Numbered from the stretch's first letter, positions 1 to 10,060 are shown. The stretch is 64,000 bases of DNA from an uncultured Acidobacteriota bacterium (GCA_963741955.1 CAVUKB010000006.1:256001-320000); one strand, 5' to 3'. Numbers and translations are program-made. The notes: generated from the letters alone by a model not told the origin.

Positions 1-2
1 CC

Positions 3-494
3 TTTCAGACACATCTGGAGATCGATCCGACCGCACAGGGGATGGTCGAAGCGCTGAATCGAATCCTCTGCAGAACCGGCGGATCGCGATCGTTCTTCGC
101 CGGCGCCTATCTTTTGATCGAGCCGGATGGCCGTTTCGAGGCCGTCGTGGCGGGCAATCCGCCGATTCTTCTGATCACTCCGAGCGGCGAGGTCCGAACG
201 CGGATCGGCGCGGGGGCGTATCCGCTCGGAATCAAGACGAACGCCCATTGGCGCACCGAGGCGGCGAGGCTCGGCGAGCGCGAGACTCTCCTTCTTTACT
301 CGGACGGTCTCGCCGAGGCCCGCGATGCAGACGGCCGTGAGCTCGGTTACGGCCGGGTCGACGAAGTGGCGGGGAAGTGCGGCGGCCGTCCAGCGCGCGA
401 GCTCGTCGCGTCTCTCATCGCCGAATGGCGAAATCACTCCGGAGACCGGATCCCCGAGGACGACATTTCCATCGCCGCCATTCATCGCCTCTAA
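3..494 (+). CDS. PP2C/SpoIIE-family Ser/Thr phosphatase, C-terminal part (5' truncated by window edge)
   Basis: Motifs AGNPP, YPLG, LLLYSDGLAEA and EDDISIAAI; frame is open from the window start. Confidence 0.85.
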   Translation, partial: FQTHLEIDPTAQGMVEALNRILCRTGGSRSFFAGAYLLIEPDGRFEAVVAGNPPILLITPSGEVRTRIGAGAYPLGIKTNAHWRTEAARLGERETLLLYSDGLAEARDADGRELGYGRVDEVAGKCGGRPARELVASLIAEWRNHSGDRIPEDDISIAAIHRL

Positions 495-737
495 TGAATT
501 CTTCAGCACTGCAGTGGTCAACCAGCACCGGAAGACCTATACATTTTTCATAGTCCCGGAGTGAAGCAAGACCTCGTAGTGGCCCGATCCCGGAGGTGGA
601 GACGTGTACCGCATGGCCGGGAAGAGGGGTCTCGCCGAGCCCGGTCCCGCTTTCTGCCGTCCGCCCGCGGCCCCGGACCCGCGTCTCGGGAGCGGTCCGA
701 TCGAGAGCGTCTCTCGACGCTGCGGAGGTGTGTCCCG

Positions 738-1376
738 ATGAAAGTGAGTTTCGGCGAATTTACGTTCGACCGTACGCGGCAGGAACTTCGTCACGGGTCC
801 GAGCTCGTCCATCTCACTCCGAAAGCAATGGTTCTTCTGGAGATTCTCCTTCAATGGCGGGGCCGGGTGATACGGCAGCAGGAGCTCGTCGATCTCCTCT
901 GGCCCGACGTCGTGGTCTGCGAAGGGAGCCTGAAGAACCTCGTTTCGATGCTACGCGTCGCGCTCGGCGATCACGATCGGGAGGGACGGTTCATTCGGAA
1001 CATTCACGGCCGCGGGTACTGCTTCAACGAGGCAGAATTGGTGGTGGAGAATCACGGTCGAGCGACGCTTCGCTGCCTCGACCGTATCTTCGTACTCGGC
1101 GACGGCTCGAATCTGGTCGGCCGGGGCTCCGAATGCACGGTGGCGCTGGGCGACGTGAGTGTCTCGAGACGGCATGCGATCATCGAAGTGAATGGCGACT
1201 CCGCCGTTCTGGAAGATCTCGGCAGCACCAACGGCACACTCCTCGACGGCGTCCGGGTGGAGGAGCGCAAGCTGCTGGCCATGACGCACGTGATTCGCTT
1301 CGGCTCCGTCGTGGCCGCATTCCGGCTCGGCGTGGCGGCCGAGGACGAGATCATGGTCACCCCGCGCTCACCGTGA
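738..1376 (+). CDS. OmpR/PhoB-type winged-helix DNA-binding + FHA domain protein
   Basis: FGEFTFD...LTPK...RNIHGRGY (wHTH), then VGR...VSRRHA...DLGSTNGT (FHA); GGAGG precedes ATG 738. Confidence 0.85.
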   Translation: MKVSFGEFTFDRTRQELRHGSELVHLTPKAMVLLEILLQWRGRVIRQQELVDLLWPDVVVCEGSLKNLVSMLRVALGDHDREGRFIRNIHGRGYCFNEAELVVENHGRATLRCLDRIFVLGDGSNLVGRGSECTVALGDVSVSRRHAIIEVNGDSAVLEDLGSTNGTLLDGVRVEERKLLAMTHVIRFGSVVAAFRLGVAAEDEIMVTPRSP

Positions 1377-1398
1377 TCACTCCTCCCTTCGGCCTCTC

Positions 1399-1986
1399 TC
1401 AGTCGTCGCGACTGGTCGAAGCCTCCCATACCTTCCGCCGCGCCTCCTGCGACCGGACGCCAGGCAACGGCTGGGCAATTCTCGAACAGTGATGTTTCTG
1501 GTTCGACACCTCCCGCAGTGTATTCATCATGTCCATGGTGAACGCGGGAGTGGAGATCACGTCCGCCAGATGGGCGCACGTCTGCTCGCGGTCGAATCTC
1601 ATCTCGAGGAATGGTTGCAGAGCCTCCGGAAGCGAGCTTCGGATGTCCTCGAGATGCTGCCTCTCGTGCAGCAGGAACCGCACGTGGACGAGATGGATCA
1701 CCACGCGCAGTTCCGCATGGATGGACAGTTTCCATTGCGAGCCGTCGCGCCGGCAGCGGCAATGGAACCGTTGCAGCACAAAGTCGCTGCAGGCGTACAC
1801 CGCATGCCTGGTGTGGCATGGCGCGGTTGCGACGGGAAGATCGTGGAATCGAATCGTTTCGCTCGACTCGATCTGCAAGGGCTGAATGCCGGCCGCTGCA
1901 CCAGCCGAGCGATCGGCTGCCATGACTCCGGCAGCCAGGACGAACACCTGCGCGATCCACAGAAGCGCCGACCTGAACACGAGCAT
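1399..1986 (-). CDS. Secreted hypothetical protein with HExxH motif (possible Zn peptidase, DUF922-like)
   Basis: Signal-peptide-like N-terminus, LLHERQH motif, several Cys. Confidence 0.5.
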   Translation of the reverse strand: MLVFRSALLWIAQVFVLAAGVMAADRSAGAAAGIQPLQIESSETIRFHDLPVATAPCHTRHAVYACSDFVLQRFHCRCRRDGSQWKLSIHAELRVVIHLVHVRFLLHERQHLEDIRSSLPEALQPFLEMRFDREQTCAHLADVISTPAFTMDMMNTLREVSNQKHHCSRIAQPLPGVRSQEARRKVWEASTSRDD

Positions 1987-2125
1987 GAGCTGCCTCCCGT
2001 GTCACGGTCGGGGGGGATCCCCTGTCCAATCGGCCCGTCCGTCTTCCTGGTCTGTATCTCAGACCTGGACGCGAATATCGGTCGCCGGAGCGAGCGAAGG
2101 TTCATGGAAAAGCAAAGGAATAGCA

Positions 2126-2310
2126 CTAGCCCGCATTTCTCACACCGTCTCGTCGCGAGGAGGCGGAGAGTAGCCTGGATGCAAGGCGCGCGCAGCTTCG
2201 GCGACGAAGGCATAGTGGTGACTATGTTGAGGAGCCGAAGCTGTGCGCAACGTAGCAGACAGGCCGCTATCCGTCTCCGCAGCAGAGACGATGTGAGAAA
2301 TGCGGGCTGG
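2126..2310. repeat. ~185 bp palindromic MITE/REPIN-like element, family A copy 1
   Basis: Terminal inverted repeats GCCCGCATTTCTCACA...TGTGAGAAATGCGGGC; central stem-loop CATAGT-GGTG-ACTATG; near-identical copy at 7039-7223. Confidence 0.85.
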
Positions 2311-2330
2311 ATTGGTCACGCGGACCCGGC

Positions 2331-2458
2331 ATGGAATCCCTTGCATCCGGCCGGATCACTCACGGGATTTCTGCTGCGGGGCGCGATGCGGAGGCATTGT
2401 TGACGACGAGCGACGCCGGGATCGCGCCGCGCCCGCAACCGGATGCAAGGGATTCATG
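2331..2458. repeat. Inverted-repeat element (17 bp IR GAATCCCTTGCATCCGG) enclosing a family C end (GGATCACTCACGGGATTTC)
   Basis: Perfect IR read directly; the internal motif recurs near 15207, 24945 (reverse strand) and 41242. Confidence 0.6.
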
Positions 2459-2506
2459 AAACACTGCATTAGAATGGCGAGCATTCGAGTCCGAGGTTCT
2501 GAACCC

Positions 2507-4435
2507 ATGAGAATGTCTTTTCGTCTCCGTCTCGCGTGTCTCGTCTTTCTCACGCTTGGTCTCGCATCAGCGGCTGCTGCTCGCGAGATGCACTGGAAGT
2601 CGCTCGACGTCGATACCTATCTCGATCGCGACGGCCGTCTCCGCACCACCGAGCGACAGACCATCGTCTTCACCGGCGACTGGAACGGCGGTGAGAGGAT
2701 CTTCAACATCCGCGCCGGGCAGAAGCTCCGCTTCGTCGGAATGAATCGCATCGACCCGGTGACGCACGAAGTGCACCGGATGACCGAAGGCGATCTCGGA
2801 ACGGTGGATCACTACCAGTTCGTGAAGTCGAACACGTTGCGCTGGCGCTCACGCAACCCTTCGGATCCTCCCTTCGACGGAACGGTGATCGAGTACCAGC
2901 TGATGTACGAGCTGTCGAACGTGCTGCAGAACCGGGTACGTGATGCGCTCTCGGGGAAGAACGATCGGTACACTCTCGATCTCGATTTCGTCTTTCCCGA
3001 CCGGAACGGTGTCATCGAGAGCTTTTCCCTCGTCTTCAACGCGGATCCGGTCTGGAGAACCGAGCACCAGCTCCCGTTGCGCGTTCATACCGGTGCAATC
3101 GCACCGGGTGGCGATTACGTCGTCACCATCCCGTTCATCTACGTCGGGAGGGGGACTCCCGTCGGCGTGTTCCACCAGAATGTCGAGGGGAGGTTCGCGC
3201 TGGTCGCGGCGCTTCTGGTTGGCGTGGTGGTTCTCCTGCTGGTCTTTCTCGCATCCGAGCGCCGGATCGGACGGCTCCGGCCGCTCGAGCCGGGAGCTGC
3301 GATGAGCGAACAGTGGCTCGAGCAGAACGTGTTCCGCTATCCGCCGGAGGTGGTCGGTGCGGTGTGGGACGAGAGCATTGGAGCGCCGGAGGTGGCGGCG
3401 GTCCTCGCACGGATGGTTTCCGAGGAAAAGATCTCCACACGCGTCGACCCGGCATCGGGAGTCTTCTCCTCTCCCGAGCTGCACATGACGCTTCTCGTGC
3501 CGCGAGCGTCTCTCAGCGGCTACGAGCTCGAGCTGGTCGACGGATTGTTCGTGGCCGGCGACGAGACCAGTACGTCCACGATCAAGGAGCACTACAAGTC
3601 GACCGGGTTCGATCCGTCGAAGAAGATCTCGCCCCGTCTGACGGATCGCATGAGGGAGGTCCTCGGACCGGAGGCAAAGATCCGCTTCCGTACGCTCCTG
3701 GGCATCGTTCTCTTTCTCGTGGGCGTTCTCCTACTCGCATTTTCGGCGCACTCGGATCCCGGTGCGCGACCGTTCCTGATCATGATTCCCCTCATCGCAC
3801 TGATTGTCGGCCACGGGGTCCTCGCTGCACATTGGCGCTCCCGGATCGACCTCGGGCTCGGTTCTCTCTGGCTGCACCTGATCCCGCAGGGACTTCTGCT
3901 CGCAGCCGCGATCTGGCTGATCCTGTCGCCGCCGTATCCGTTCACACTGGTCGCGCAGGGAGGCTTCGCCTGTCTGGCTCTGATGTTGGTCAACTGGGCG
4001 CTCGTCTCGGCGAGTACTCACGATGCCACCGGAGCCCTGGCGCTCAGAAAACGGCTCGCCGCGGCGCGCAGATTTTTCGAACGGGAGCTGAATAGTGCGA
4101 CGCCGCGACTGAAAGACGCCTGGTTTCCTTACGTCGTCGCGTTCGGTCTGGCGAAGGAAGTCGACCGATGGACCCGAGCGTTCGGCGCGGCGGCCGGGAC
4201 GGCGATGATGCCGATCCTCGGTGGATCCGCCTCATCGTTCTCGTCTTCTTCGTCCTCGTCCTCGTCCGGCGGACCTTCGGTCTGGACTGGAGGCGGAAGC
4301 TCGTTCGGCGGAGCGGGAGCGAGCGCCAGCTGGGCGGCCGCTGCGGGAGGGATCACCGCAGGTGTCTCTTCGCCTTCGAGCTCGAGTGGTGGCGGTGGCG
4401 GGAGCTCAGGCGGAGGAGGTGGCGGCGGCTGGTGA
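2507..4435 (+). CDS. DUF2207-family membrane protein
   Basis: Signal peptide, extracytoplasmic domain, TM helices, PYVVAFG motif and Gly/Ser-rich tail ending GGGGGGGW. Confidence 0.8.
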   Translation: MRMSFRLRLACLVFLTLGLASAAAAREMHWKSLDVDTYLDRDGRLRTTERQTIVFTGDWNGGERIFNIRAGQKLRFVGMNRIDPVTHEVHRMTEGDLGTVDHYQFVKSNTLRWRSRNPSDPPFDGTVIEYQLMYELSNVLQNRVRDALSGKNDRYTLDLDFVFPDRNGVIESFSLVFNADPVWRTEHQLPLRVHTGAIAPGGDYVVTIPFIYVGRGTPVGVFHQNVEGRFALVAALLVGVVVLLLVFLASERRIGRLRPLEPGAAMSEQWLEQNVFRYPPEVVGAVWDESIGAPEVAAVLARMVSEEKISTRVDPASGVFSSPELHMTLLVPRASLSGYELELVDGLFVAGDETSTSTIKEHYKSTGFDPSKKISPRLTDRMREVLGPEAKIRFRTLLGIVLFLVGVLLLAFSAHSDPGARPFLIMIPLIALIVGHGVLAAHWRSRIDLGLGSLWLHLIPQGLLLAAAIWLILSPPYPFTLVAQGGFACLALMLVNWALVSASTHDATGALALRKRLAAARRFFERELNSATPRLKDAWFPYVVAFGLAKEVDRWTRAFGAAAGTAMMPILGGSASSFSSSSSSSSSGGPSVWTGGGSSFGGAGASASWAAAAGGITAGVSSPSSSSGGGGGSSGGGGGGGW

Positions 4436-4482
4436 GACGTCGCGGAGATCGAGGAGATGAAGTGCGTCGGATTCGACGCCGA

Positions 4483-4878
4483 TCATGAATTCTCTCCCCG
4501 ACGAAGAGGTTCGCGAATTCCGGAGAGGCACGCCGCGACCACGAGGGCGTACGTGACGTTCAGAATGACGCCCGATAATCTGGGCGCGCCGTAAAGCACC
4601 CAACCATTCACGAGACCGTCGGCGACGAACAAGACGAGGGCTGCCAGGCCGAGCAGACGTGCGCGCCGCCAGGCGAGGAGGAGTGCGATTCCGGACATGG
4701 CGAGGACGAGCGAGACCAGCAACAACCCCCCTGAAACGAGACGCAGCGCGGCGGGAGATGCGGTGAATTCGGAGACGGCACCGGATGTCATTCGAAGGAG
4801 AACGATCCCGCCGATTCCGCGCGCGATCGCGAGGAGAAAGAGGAGGATGCCCGCGGTCATCTTCGCCGGACTCCGCAT
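4483..4878 (-). CDS. Hypothetical 4-TM membrane protein
   Basis: Four hydrophobic segments; GGAGGAG upstream. Confidence 0.6.
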   Translation of the reverse strand: MRSPAKMTAGILLFLLAIARGIGGIVLLRMTSGAVSEFTASPAALRLVSGGLLLVSLVLAMSGIALLLAWRRARLLGLAALVLFVADGLVNGWVLYGAPRLSGVILNVTYALVVAACLSGIREPLRRGENS

Positions 4879-4929
4879 GATCGAAATCTCCTCCTCGACC
4901 CTCGCGATCCCGTTGAATTCATCGCTTTT

Positions 4930-5616
4930 TCATATTGCCGGTGACGCATCCATCGCGTCGCGACGAGTCCCCGCAAGCTCGCGGTGCGCGTCGATCCAGT
5001 AGCCCCAGGCGACGATCAGCCACTGCGCCTCTCCCAAAATGGCGATCGCCTTCACGCTCGGAGGTGGTGGTCCGACGAGGTTCGAGGCGTATATCGCGAC
5101 GAGCAGGACGATCAGAGACCAGAGGGCGATCGATCCCGTTCTATCCTTCGCGCGGGTGCGATGAAGGTAGAGAGCCACACCTGCAGCGAAGATGGCTCCT
5201 TCGACGATGACCGTTCCGGAAACCGAATTCCACAGGCCGAGCCCGACTTTCGGTCCTGAGGGATAGATCGGAAGGTCGGGGCGGTGGGTCAGGAAATCGA
5301 GTACCCAGTGGCTCAGCACGGCCAGCCCGGCGACGATCGCTCCGGGCTGGTAGTTCCGGAGGAGTCGATACACGATCGCGAAGAGCACCCCCCATCCGAT
5401 TGCCGCTGCGAGGCTGTGAGAGATGGGATACGAGGTGAAGTCGAGCGGAGTGACCGCGGTGTCGCCCGGAGCGATTCGGACGCTCTCCACACCGAGGAGA
5501 AGTAACGTCGGCCAGAGGAGGTCGAGAAACTGTGCAGCGAGAAAAAGTGTCCCTAAGGACGTCCTGGGGGCGGCTTCCTTGGAGGCGAAGCCAACTCCGA
5601 AATGCCCGATGAACAC
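4930..5616 (-). CDS. Membrane-bound metal-dependent hydrolase (YdjM-like)
   Basis: MFIGHFG, DLLWP, SHSL, SHWVLD..H motifs; GTG start after GGAGGAGG. Confidence 0.75.
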   Translation of the reverse strand: MFIGHFGVGFASKEAAPRTSLGTLFLAAQFLDLLWPTLLLLGVESVRIAPGDTAVTPLDFTSYPISHSLAAAIGWGVLFAIVYRLLRNYQPGAIVAGLAVLSHWVLDFLTHRPDLPIYPSGPKVGLGLWNSVSGTVIVEGAIFAAGVALYLHRTRAKDRTGSIALWSLIVLLVAIYASNLVGPPPPSVKAIAILGEAQWLIVAWGYWIDAHRELAGTRRDAMDASPAI

Positions 5617-5875
5617 ACGACCCTCCTCCCCACGATTGTAACTCCCGGGGTGAGGAGCGTGCGCGGCAAGCGTTTCCGTCGCAGCCTTCGAAAGGGCATT
5701 TGCATGTCGCGCAAGACGGTACGCCGATTGCACTCTGATCCGCCGGGCGGCCACAGCCGCGACACTGCAGATCGGGACCACCCACCCCCCTGCCCTGCCG
5801 CGTGGCTGCCGTGCAGTGAAGCCTCGAGCCGGACCCGCGATGGGTGGCGGTCAGGCTGGGCAATCACTGATCGGT

Positions 5876-6496
5876 TCAACTTCTCCGGGGGACGGCCCTT
5901 CTGTTTCTCCGTTTCTTCGGCCGCGACCGCACTGGCGCTTCGGTGCGTGCTTCGGGACCCGGGTCTCGAAGTGCCCACCAGAGTGCGAAGGCGATCGCGA
6001 ACATGCCGACCAGACGATAGAACTGTCGAGCCGCCCCCCAGACCAGTTGTCCACTCGCCCCGTAGTGCACCGCACTCCACGGGCCGAGCTGCGTCGCGTA
6101 CAGCGCCTCCACCTCGATCACCGTCGCCGCGACGTGAGTGACGAACAGAATCGCCGACGAGAGCAGAAATCCGCCGACATTCCGGCTGCTCAGCGGCCGC
6201 GGCCCGATGGCGAACAGCATGAGCAGGAGAATGAAATTGAACGTCAGGTCGCGGACCGCGATCGCAGGACGCGCCGACCGCGGAGGAAAGTCGCTTCTCT
6301 CGATGGTGATTCGATCGTCTTCCGCCTGGTGAAGCCGCGTCACCGACGGGCTCTCGATCAGCCGGAGCACCGGCTCCGCGGATGCCGCGACGATCCGGTC
6401 CCAGGTCGGACTCAGCGCCACCCAGATCGCGAGTCCAGCCACGAACCCGGCGAGGAGCCTAAGGGCGAGCTTCGCGCGGTCCGGCAAACCTGACAC
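5876..6496 (-). CDS. Exosortase-associated membrane protein
   Basis: Multi-TM protein whose start overlaps the exosortase 3' end. Confidence 0.6.
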   Translation of the reverse strand: MSGLPDRAKLALRLLAGFVAGLAIWVALSPTWDRIVAASAEPVLRLIESPSVTRLHQAEDDRITIERSDFPPRSARPAIAVRDLTFNFILLLMLFAIGPRPLSSRNVGGFLLSSAILFVTHVAATVIEVEALYATQLGPWSAVHYGASGQLVWGAARQFYRLVGMFAIAFALWWALRDPGPEARTEAPVRSRPKKRRNRRAVPRRS

Positions 6497-6959
6497 TCCA
6501 GAAGAGGAAAATTGCGATGCTCACCGCGATGATCAGAACCTGCCACACACCGGTGTGAAACATCTGGAAATGCTGCGGGTCGTAACGTCCCAGAAGGTAG
6601 AGCGACACGATCCGGACGATGTTGATCGCCTGAAGAGCGACCGCCCCGATCAGGACCCCGAGTACCCGCGCACGGATCGAAGCAGCGGGAAACGCTCCGA
6701 TCGCCGCGATGAGGATCAGCATCGCTTCGACCCCGTTGCAGCCGTTGTGAATGTCCACCGCGAACCGGGTCGATCCGATCACCGTGCCGGTGATGGTGAC
6801 ATCCTGTCCGATCCAGCGCAGCGCATGCCCGGAAACTTCTGCGACGCCGTGCGTGAATGGAACGATCACTCGATCGTTCACCGGACGGAGCGTAATGATC
6901 ACGTAACCGATCACGAGCACTCCGAAAAACGTGAGGAGAAACCGGGTATTCTTCTTCAT
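6459..6959 (-). CDS. xrtH: Exosortase H (IPTLxxWG-CTERM type)
   Basis: Catalytic-triad motifs GCNGVEA (Cys), NIVRIVSL (Arg), FHTGVWQ (His); short XrtH-like length. Confidence 0.8.
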   Translation of the reverse strand: MKKNTRFLLTFFGVLVIGYVIITLRPVNDRVIVPFTHGVAEVSGHALRWIGQDVTITGTVIGSTRFAVDIHNGCNGVEAMLILIAAIGAFPAASIRARVLGVLIGAVALQAINIVRIVSLYLLGRYDPQHFQMFHTGVWQVLIIAVSIAIFLFWSVRFAGPREARP

Positions 6960-7038
6960 CCGTCCGCCGTCGATCCTGTCACCGGAAGACTATGGTAAGC
7001 GATTACGTTCCGGAAACCTTCCCGCGACGGAATGCGAG

Positions 7039-7223
7039 CTTGCCCGCAATTCTCACACCGTCTCGACGCGAGGAGGCGGAGAGCGGCTTGGATGCAAGGC
7101 GCGCGCAGCTTCGGCGACGAAGGCATAGTGGCGACTATGTTGAGGAGCCGAAGATGTGCGCAACGTAGTAGACAGGCCGCTATCCGTCTCCGCAGCAGAG
7201 ACGATGTGAGAAGTGCGGGCTTG
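7039..7223. repeat. ~185 bp palindromic MITE/REPIN-like element, family A copy 2
   Basis: Aligns almost base-for-base with 2126-2310; central CATAGT-GGCG-ACTATG. Confidence 0.85.
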
Positions 7224-7248
7224 TTCGATCTGGCGTAGACTTTCACCC

Positions 7249-7512
7249 GTGCTCGATGCGCTCCTACTGATGCTTCAATCCGCTCCCGCGCCGCAGGACT
7301 TCGATCGGATGATGCTGACCGTGGCGATCGTCGGAGTGGTCTCGTTCGCCATTTCCGGAGGGATTCTGGTTCTTTTCTGGAGGAGCCTGCAGAAGAATCC
7401 CGATGAGACGAGAAGCTCGACCCGAGGAGTTTCGATCGTTCTGCTGGTCGCGCTCATCGTGGTGCTCGCTGCGATCGGCATCTACTTCATGCACCTCGGC
7501 CTTCAGCCGTGA
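7249..7512 (+). CDS. Small 2-TM membrane protein
   Basis: Two hydrophobic helices; start uncertain (GTG 7249 or ATG 7270). Confidence 0.55.
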   Translation: MLDALLLMLQSAPAPQDFDRMMLTVAIVGVVSFAISGGILVLFWRSLQKNPDETRSSTRGVSIVLLVALIVVLAAIGIYFMHLGLQP

Positions 7513-7538
7513 GGCGGCGCGAAAAGAGAGGCAGGCGC

Positions 7539-8015
7539 TCAGTCCGCGGGAGGTTCGTGCCATCCGGGCGTGAGCGGTTCGACGGCCACGAGCAGCCGGC
7601 GGGGTGCGCAGCGGAAGCGTTCCGCCAACTCGGGAGCGAGCCACCCGCGCACGGAATCTCCTTCCACTTCGTAGAGATTCCAGGAAGCACTCTCGTCGTT
7701 GCCGATCCACGCGAGTCGCGCCGAAGCACGCTTTTCCTTCCCATCGCAGCAGGTGGAGAAGGTGAGCCGGAGCGGACCCCCGCTACAGCCGGCCTCTCGA
7801 GCGAGCGCGTCGATCAGGTGATCGAGTCCTGTCGGAAGGGGCACTTCTCCGTTGTCCCGGAACAGCCATCGATCCCCGTCGCGGTACGGGTAGAGGACGA
7901 GCGTGTCCGCATCGATCATCGAGGCTGTTGCCACGGGCCGGTCCTGCCGCAACTCGGATTCGGAATGGTCACTCTCGAGATTCATCGACTCCCCCTTCGC
8001 ATCATCAGACGGCAA
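7539..8015 (-). CDS. DUF6717-like hypothetical protein
   Basis: LYPYRDGDRWLF...GWLAPEL..RF..APRRLLV pattern resembles DUF6717. Confidence 0.5.
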   Translation of the reverse strand: MPSDDAKGESMNLESDHSESELRQDRPVATASMIDADTLVLYPYRDGDRWLFRDNGEVPLPTGLDHLIDALAREAGCSGGPLRLTFSTCCDGKEKRASARLAWIGNDESASWNLYEVEGDSVRGWLAPELAERFRCAPRRLLVAVEPLTPGWHEPPAD

Positions 8016-8042
8016 GAGGAGTGCCAGTGATTCTCGAGGGCA

Positions 8043-8498
8043 TCAACGGATCTCGGGCGGCGTGCGCGGTTCCTCACTGCGGATCACCGTATCGGAGTCG
8101 TGAAGCCGCGCATTGATCCGGCCCAGCAGAATGCGTGCGACGCGCAGATCGTGCCCCGCATCGATTACCAGAACCACGAAATCGCCTCCGGCCCACATCA
8201 GCCCCGCCACCACGATCAAACGTGTCGCCTCTGCGAGGAGCGTCACGATTGCTCCGGATCCCTCCGTCATCAGTCCGGTGATCACTTCGCCGATCAGAAC
8301 CACCACGATCAGGACTGCGAGGATCTTGAAAAGCCCTGCGATGTAACGGAGCGTGACGTACGGCTCCAGGTCGGAGCTGCGAACGCCCGCCAACCCGTTC
8401 GATCGCTGCTCTTCGAATGGAGGCGCCCCGCACGTCTCGCAGACTTTCGTGGTATCGATGCGCTCCGCTCCGCAGTCGGGACACTCAATCGTCGTCAT
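8043..8498 (-). CDS. Zinc-ribbon membrane protein
   Basis: CPDC...CETC at the N-terminus, then two TM helices; AGGAGG RBS. Confidence 0.7.
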   Translation of the reverse strand: MTTIECPDCGAERIDTTKVCETCGAPPFEEQRSNGLAGVRSSDLEPYVTLRYIAGLFKILAVLIVVVLIGEVITGLMTEGSGAIVTLLAEATRLIVVAGLMWAGGDFVVLVIDAGHDLRVARILLGRINARLHDSDTVIRSEEPRTPPEIR

Positions 8499-8624
8499 TT
8501 CTTTACCTCCTGTGTTGCGCTCGGCAGCCACGAGTGCGGCTTTGCGTCGAACGCGGCCGTTCCCGGATGCTTCGTTCCGCGACGGGTATTGCAACAAAAC
8601 GACCACGGCCTTTCTCTGCCGTGC

Positions 8625-9740
8625 TCAACCGAGCCATCGAGCCCGATAGCCGCGCACGTCGATGTGAACAAATGGACCATGTCCGCAACATGCGTCGTAC
8701 GTCCCGACGCCTCCGATCAGAGCGGGGTATTTCTTTTCCACGCGATCCGCCGCCGCGGCCAGAACCTTCGCATCACGTTCATCGATTTTTCCATCGCCGT
8801 TGAGGTCGTCCATCCAGCCGTTGCGGTCGTTGTCGATGAACACGTCTGACGCATCGCCGTACATGTGACGGCTGAGATTCGCCCGGCCCTGAGTGTTTCC
8901 TCCCGCTTCGTTGTACTGCGGCGTGCGGAATCCGCTCATGATCTCCATGTGCGTCACCGGGTGCCCCTCCGACTGGAGCTCTTCGATCACGAGTTCGAGC
9001 TTGTCGAGAAGCCGCGGCTGGAGAACGAGGTACTTCGGCCAGACGTCGGACTGCCCCTTGGTCAGAAAGTCGCGGAGACGGAAGTGCTCCGAGACGCGGG
9101 TACTCTGATTCTGCGGAGTGACTTCGATGAACCCGGACGGGTTCTCGTAACGCGGCGTCTTCGGGGTGCCGCCGTTCTCGAAGGGCCAGGTTCCGAGAAA
9201 GTACGAGCCGATGTGCCCTTTCGTCTTCGAGGTGAATGGAACCAGGGAGACCACATTCAGGTCCGGGATCGCACGCTGGGCCTCGCCGAGGCCGACCGCG
9301 AGACGGTACAGGCCGGGGTGCTCCGGTATTCTGAAATTCGGGGACGCGAGGCTGATGCCGTTCGGACCGATATAGCGGGCCTCGAGGTTTCCGTGCTCTC
9401 CGACCGGAAGACGCTTCCCGGGCTCACCGATCACTTCATTCACCTTCCCGCTATACCCGCGGAGGGGACTGAGAAAACGGACTGCGGCGTCGTTGAGATA
9501 CGAGACCGACGAGGCTCCGGGATCGAGAAGCGACGAGGCGACTCGCGAGGTCGGCCCGGGAGGTGCTTCGGAGGGGGAGAAGGTGGCCGCATGCTGCGAC
9601 AGATACGTCGCGTGGATCGACCAGCCCCAGGCCGCGGAGAAGACGACCACCAGGATGCTTGCTCCGATCCAGAGGCCTCGGGTCTGCCGGGGAGTGAATC
9701 CCCTGCTGCGCCAGCTCCGCGGTCGGGACCGTGGGAACAT
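8625..9740 (-). CDS. Peptidase M15A-family (D-Ala-D-Ala Zn metallopeptidase-like), membrane anchored
   Basis: SGFRTPQYN, SRHMYGDASD and FVHIDVRG motifs; N-terminal TM helix. Confidence 0.8.
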   Translation of the reverse strand: MFPRSRPRSWRSRGFTPRQTRGLWIGASILVVVFSAAWGWSIHATYLSQHAATFSPSEAPPGPTSRVASSLLDPGASSVSYLNDAAVRFLSPLRGYSGKVNEVIGEPGKRLPVGEHGNLEARYIGPNGISLASPNFRIPEHPGLYRLAVGLGEAQRAIPDLNVVSLVPFTSKTKGHIGSYFLGTWPFENGGTPKTPRYENPSGFIEVTPQNQSTRVSEHFRLRDFLTKGQSDVWPKYLVLQPRLLDKLELVIEELQSEGHPVTHMEIMSGFRTPQYNEAGGNTQGRANLSRHMYGDASDVFIDNDRNGWMDDLNGDGKIDERDAKVLAAAADRVEKKYPALIGGVGTYDACCGHGPFVHIDVRGYRARWLG

Positions 9741-10060
9741 GGTGTGTTCTCGCGAGCTCATCTCCGCGCGTATCAATGCCAGACCGGGGCCAGCGCGAGT
9801 GGTGACGGGCGGCGGTGTCGTTGGCCGAGGCGAAGTCGCGGCGAAGCCGTGCTCGCGAGGATCGTGCATGGCCACCGACGCTTCGCGCAGCGCCACAGTC
9901 TCCGTCTTCCTCGGCTTCGACCAGATCCACGCGGCGGATCAGAGGATCCGCACCCCTCGGGAGAGCTGCAGGTTGTGGGGTGCAGATCCTCCGATCTGCC
10001 GCGCGAATCGAGCTCGGCATCCGTGGAAGGCCGCGGCTTCTCGATGAGGGAGGGATCCGT

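Noticed and set aside
4225-4435. Low-complexity TCG/GGC repeats
   Set aside because: This is the normal Ser/Gly tail of DUF2207 proteins
6956-7246. Repeated short ORFs (MPSSPKLRAPCIQA / WMQGARSFGDEGIV) near 2140, 7030 and 41475
   Set aside because: They are translations of the palindromic repeat, with no evidence of coding
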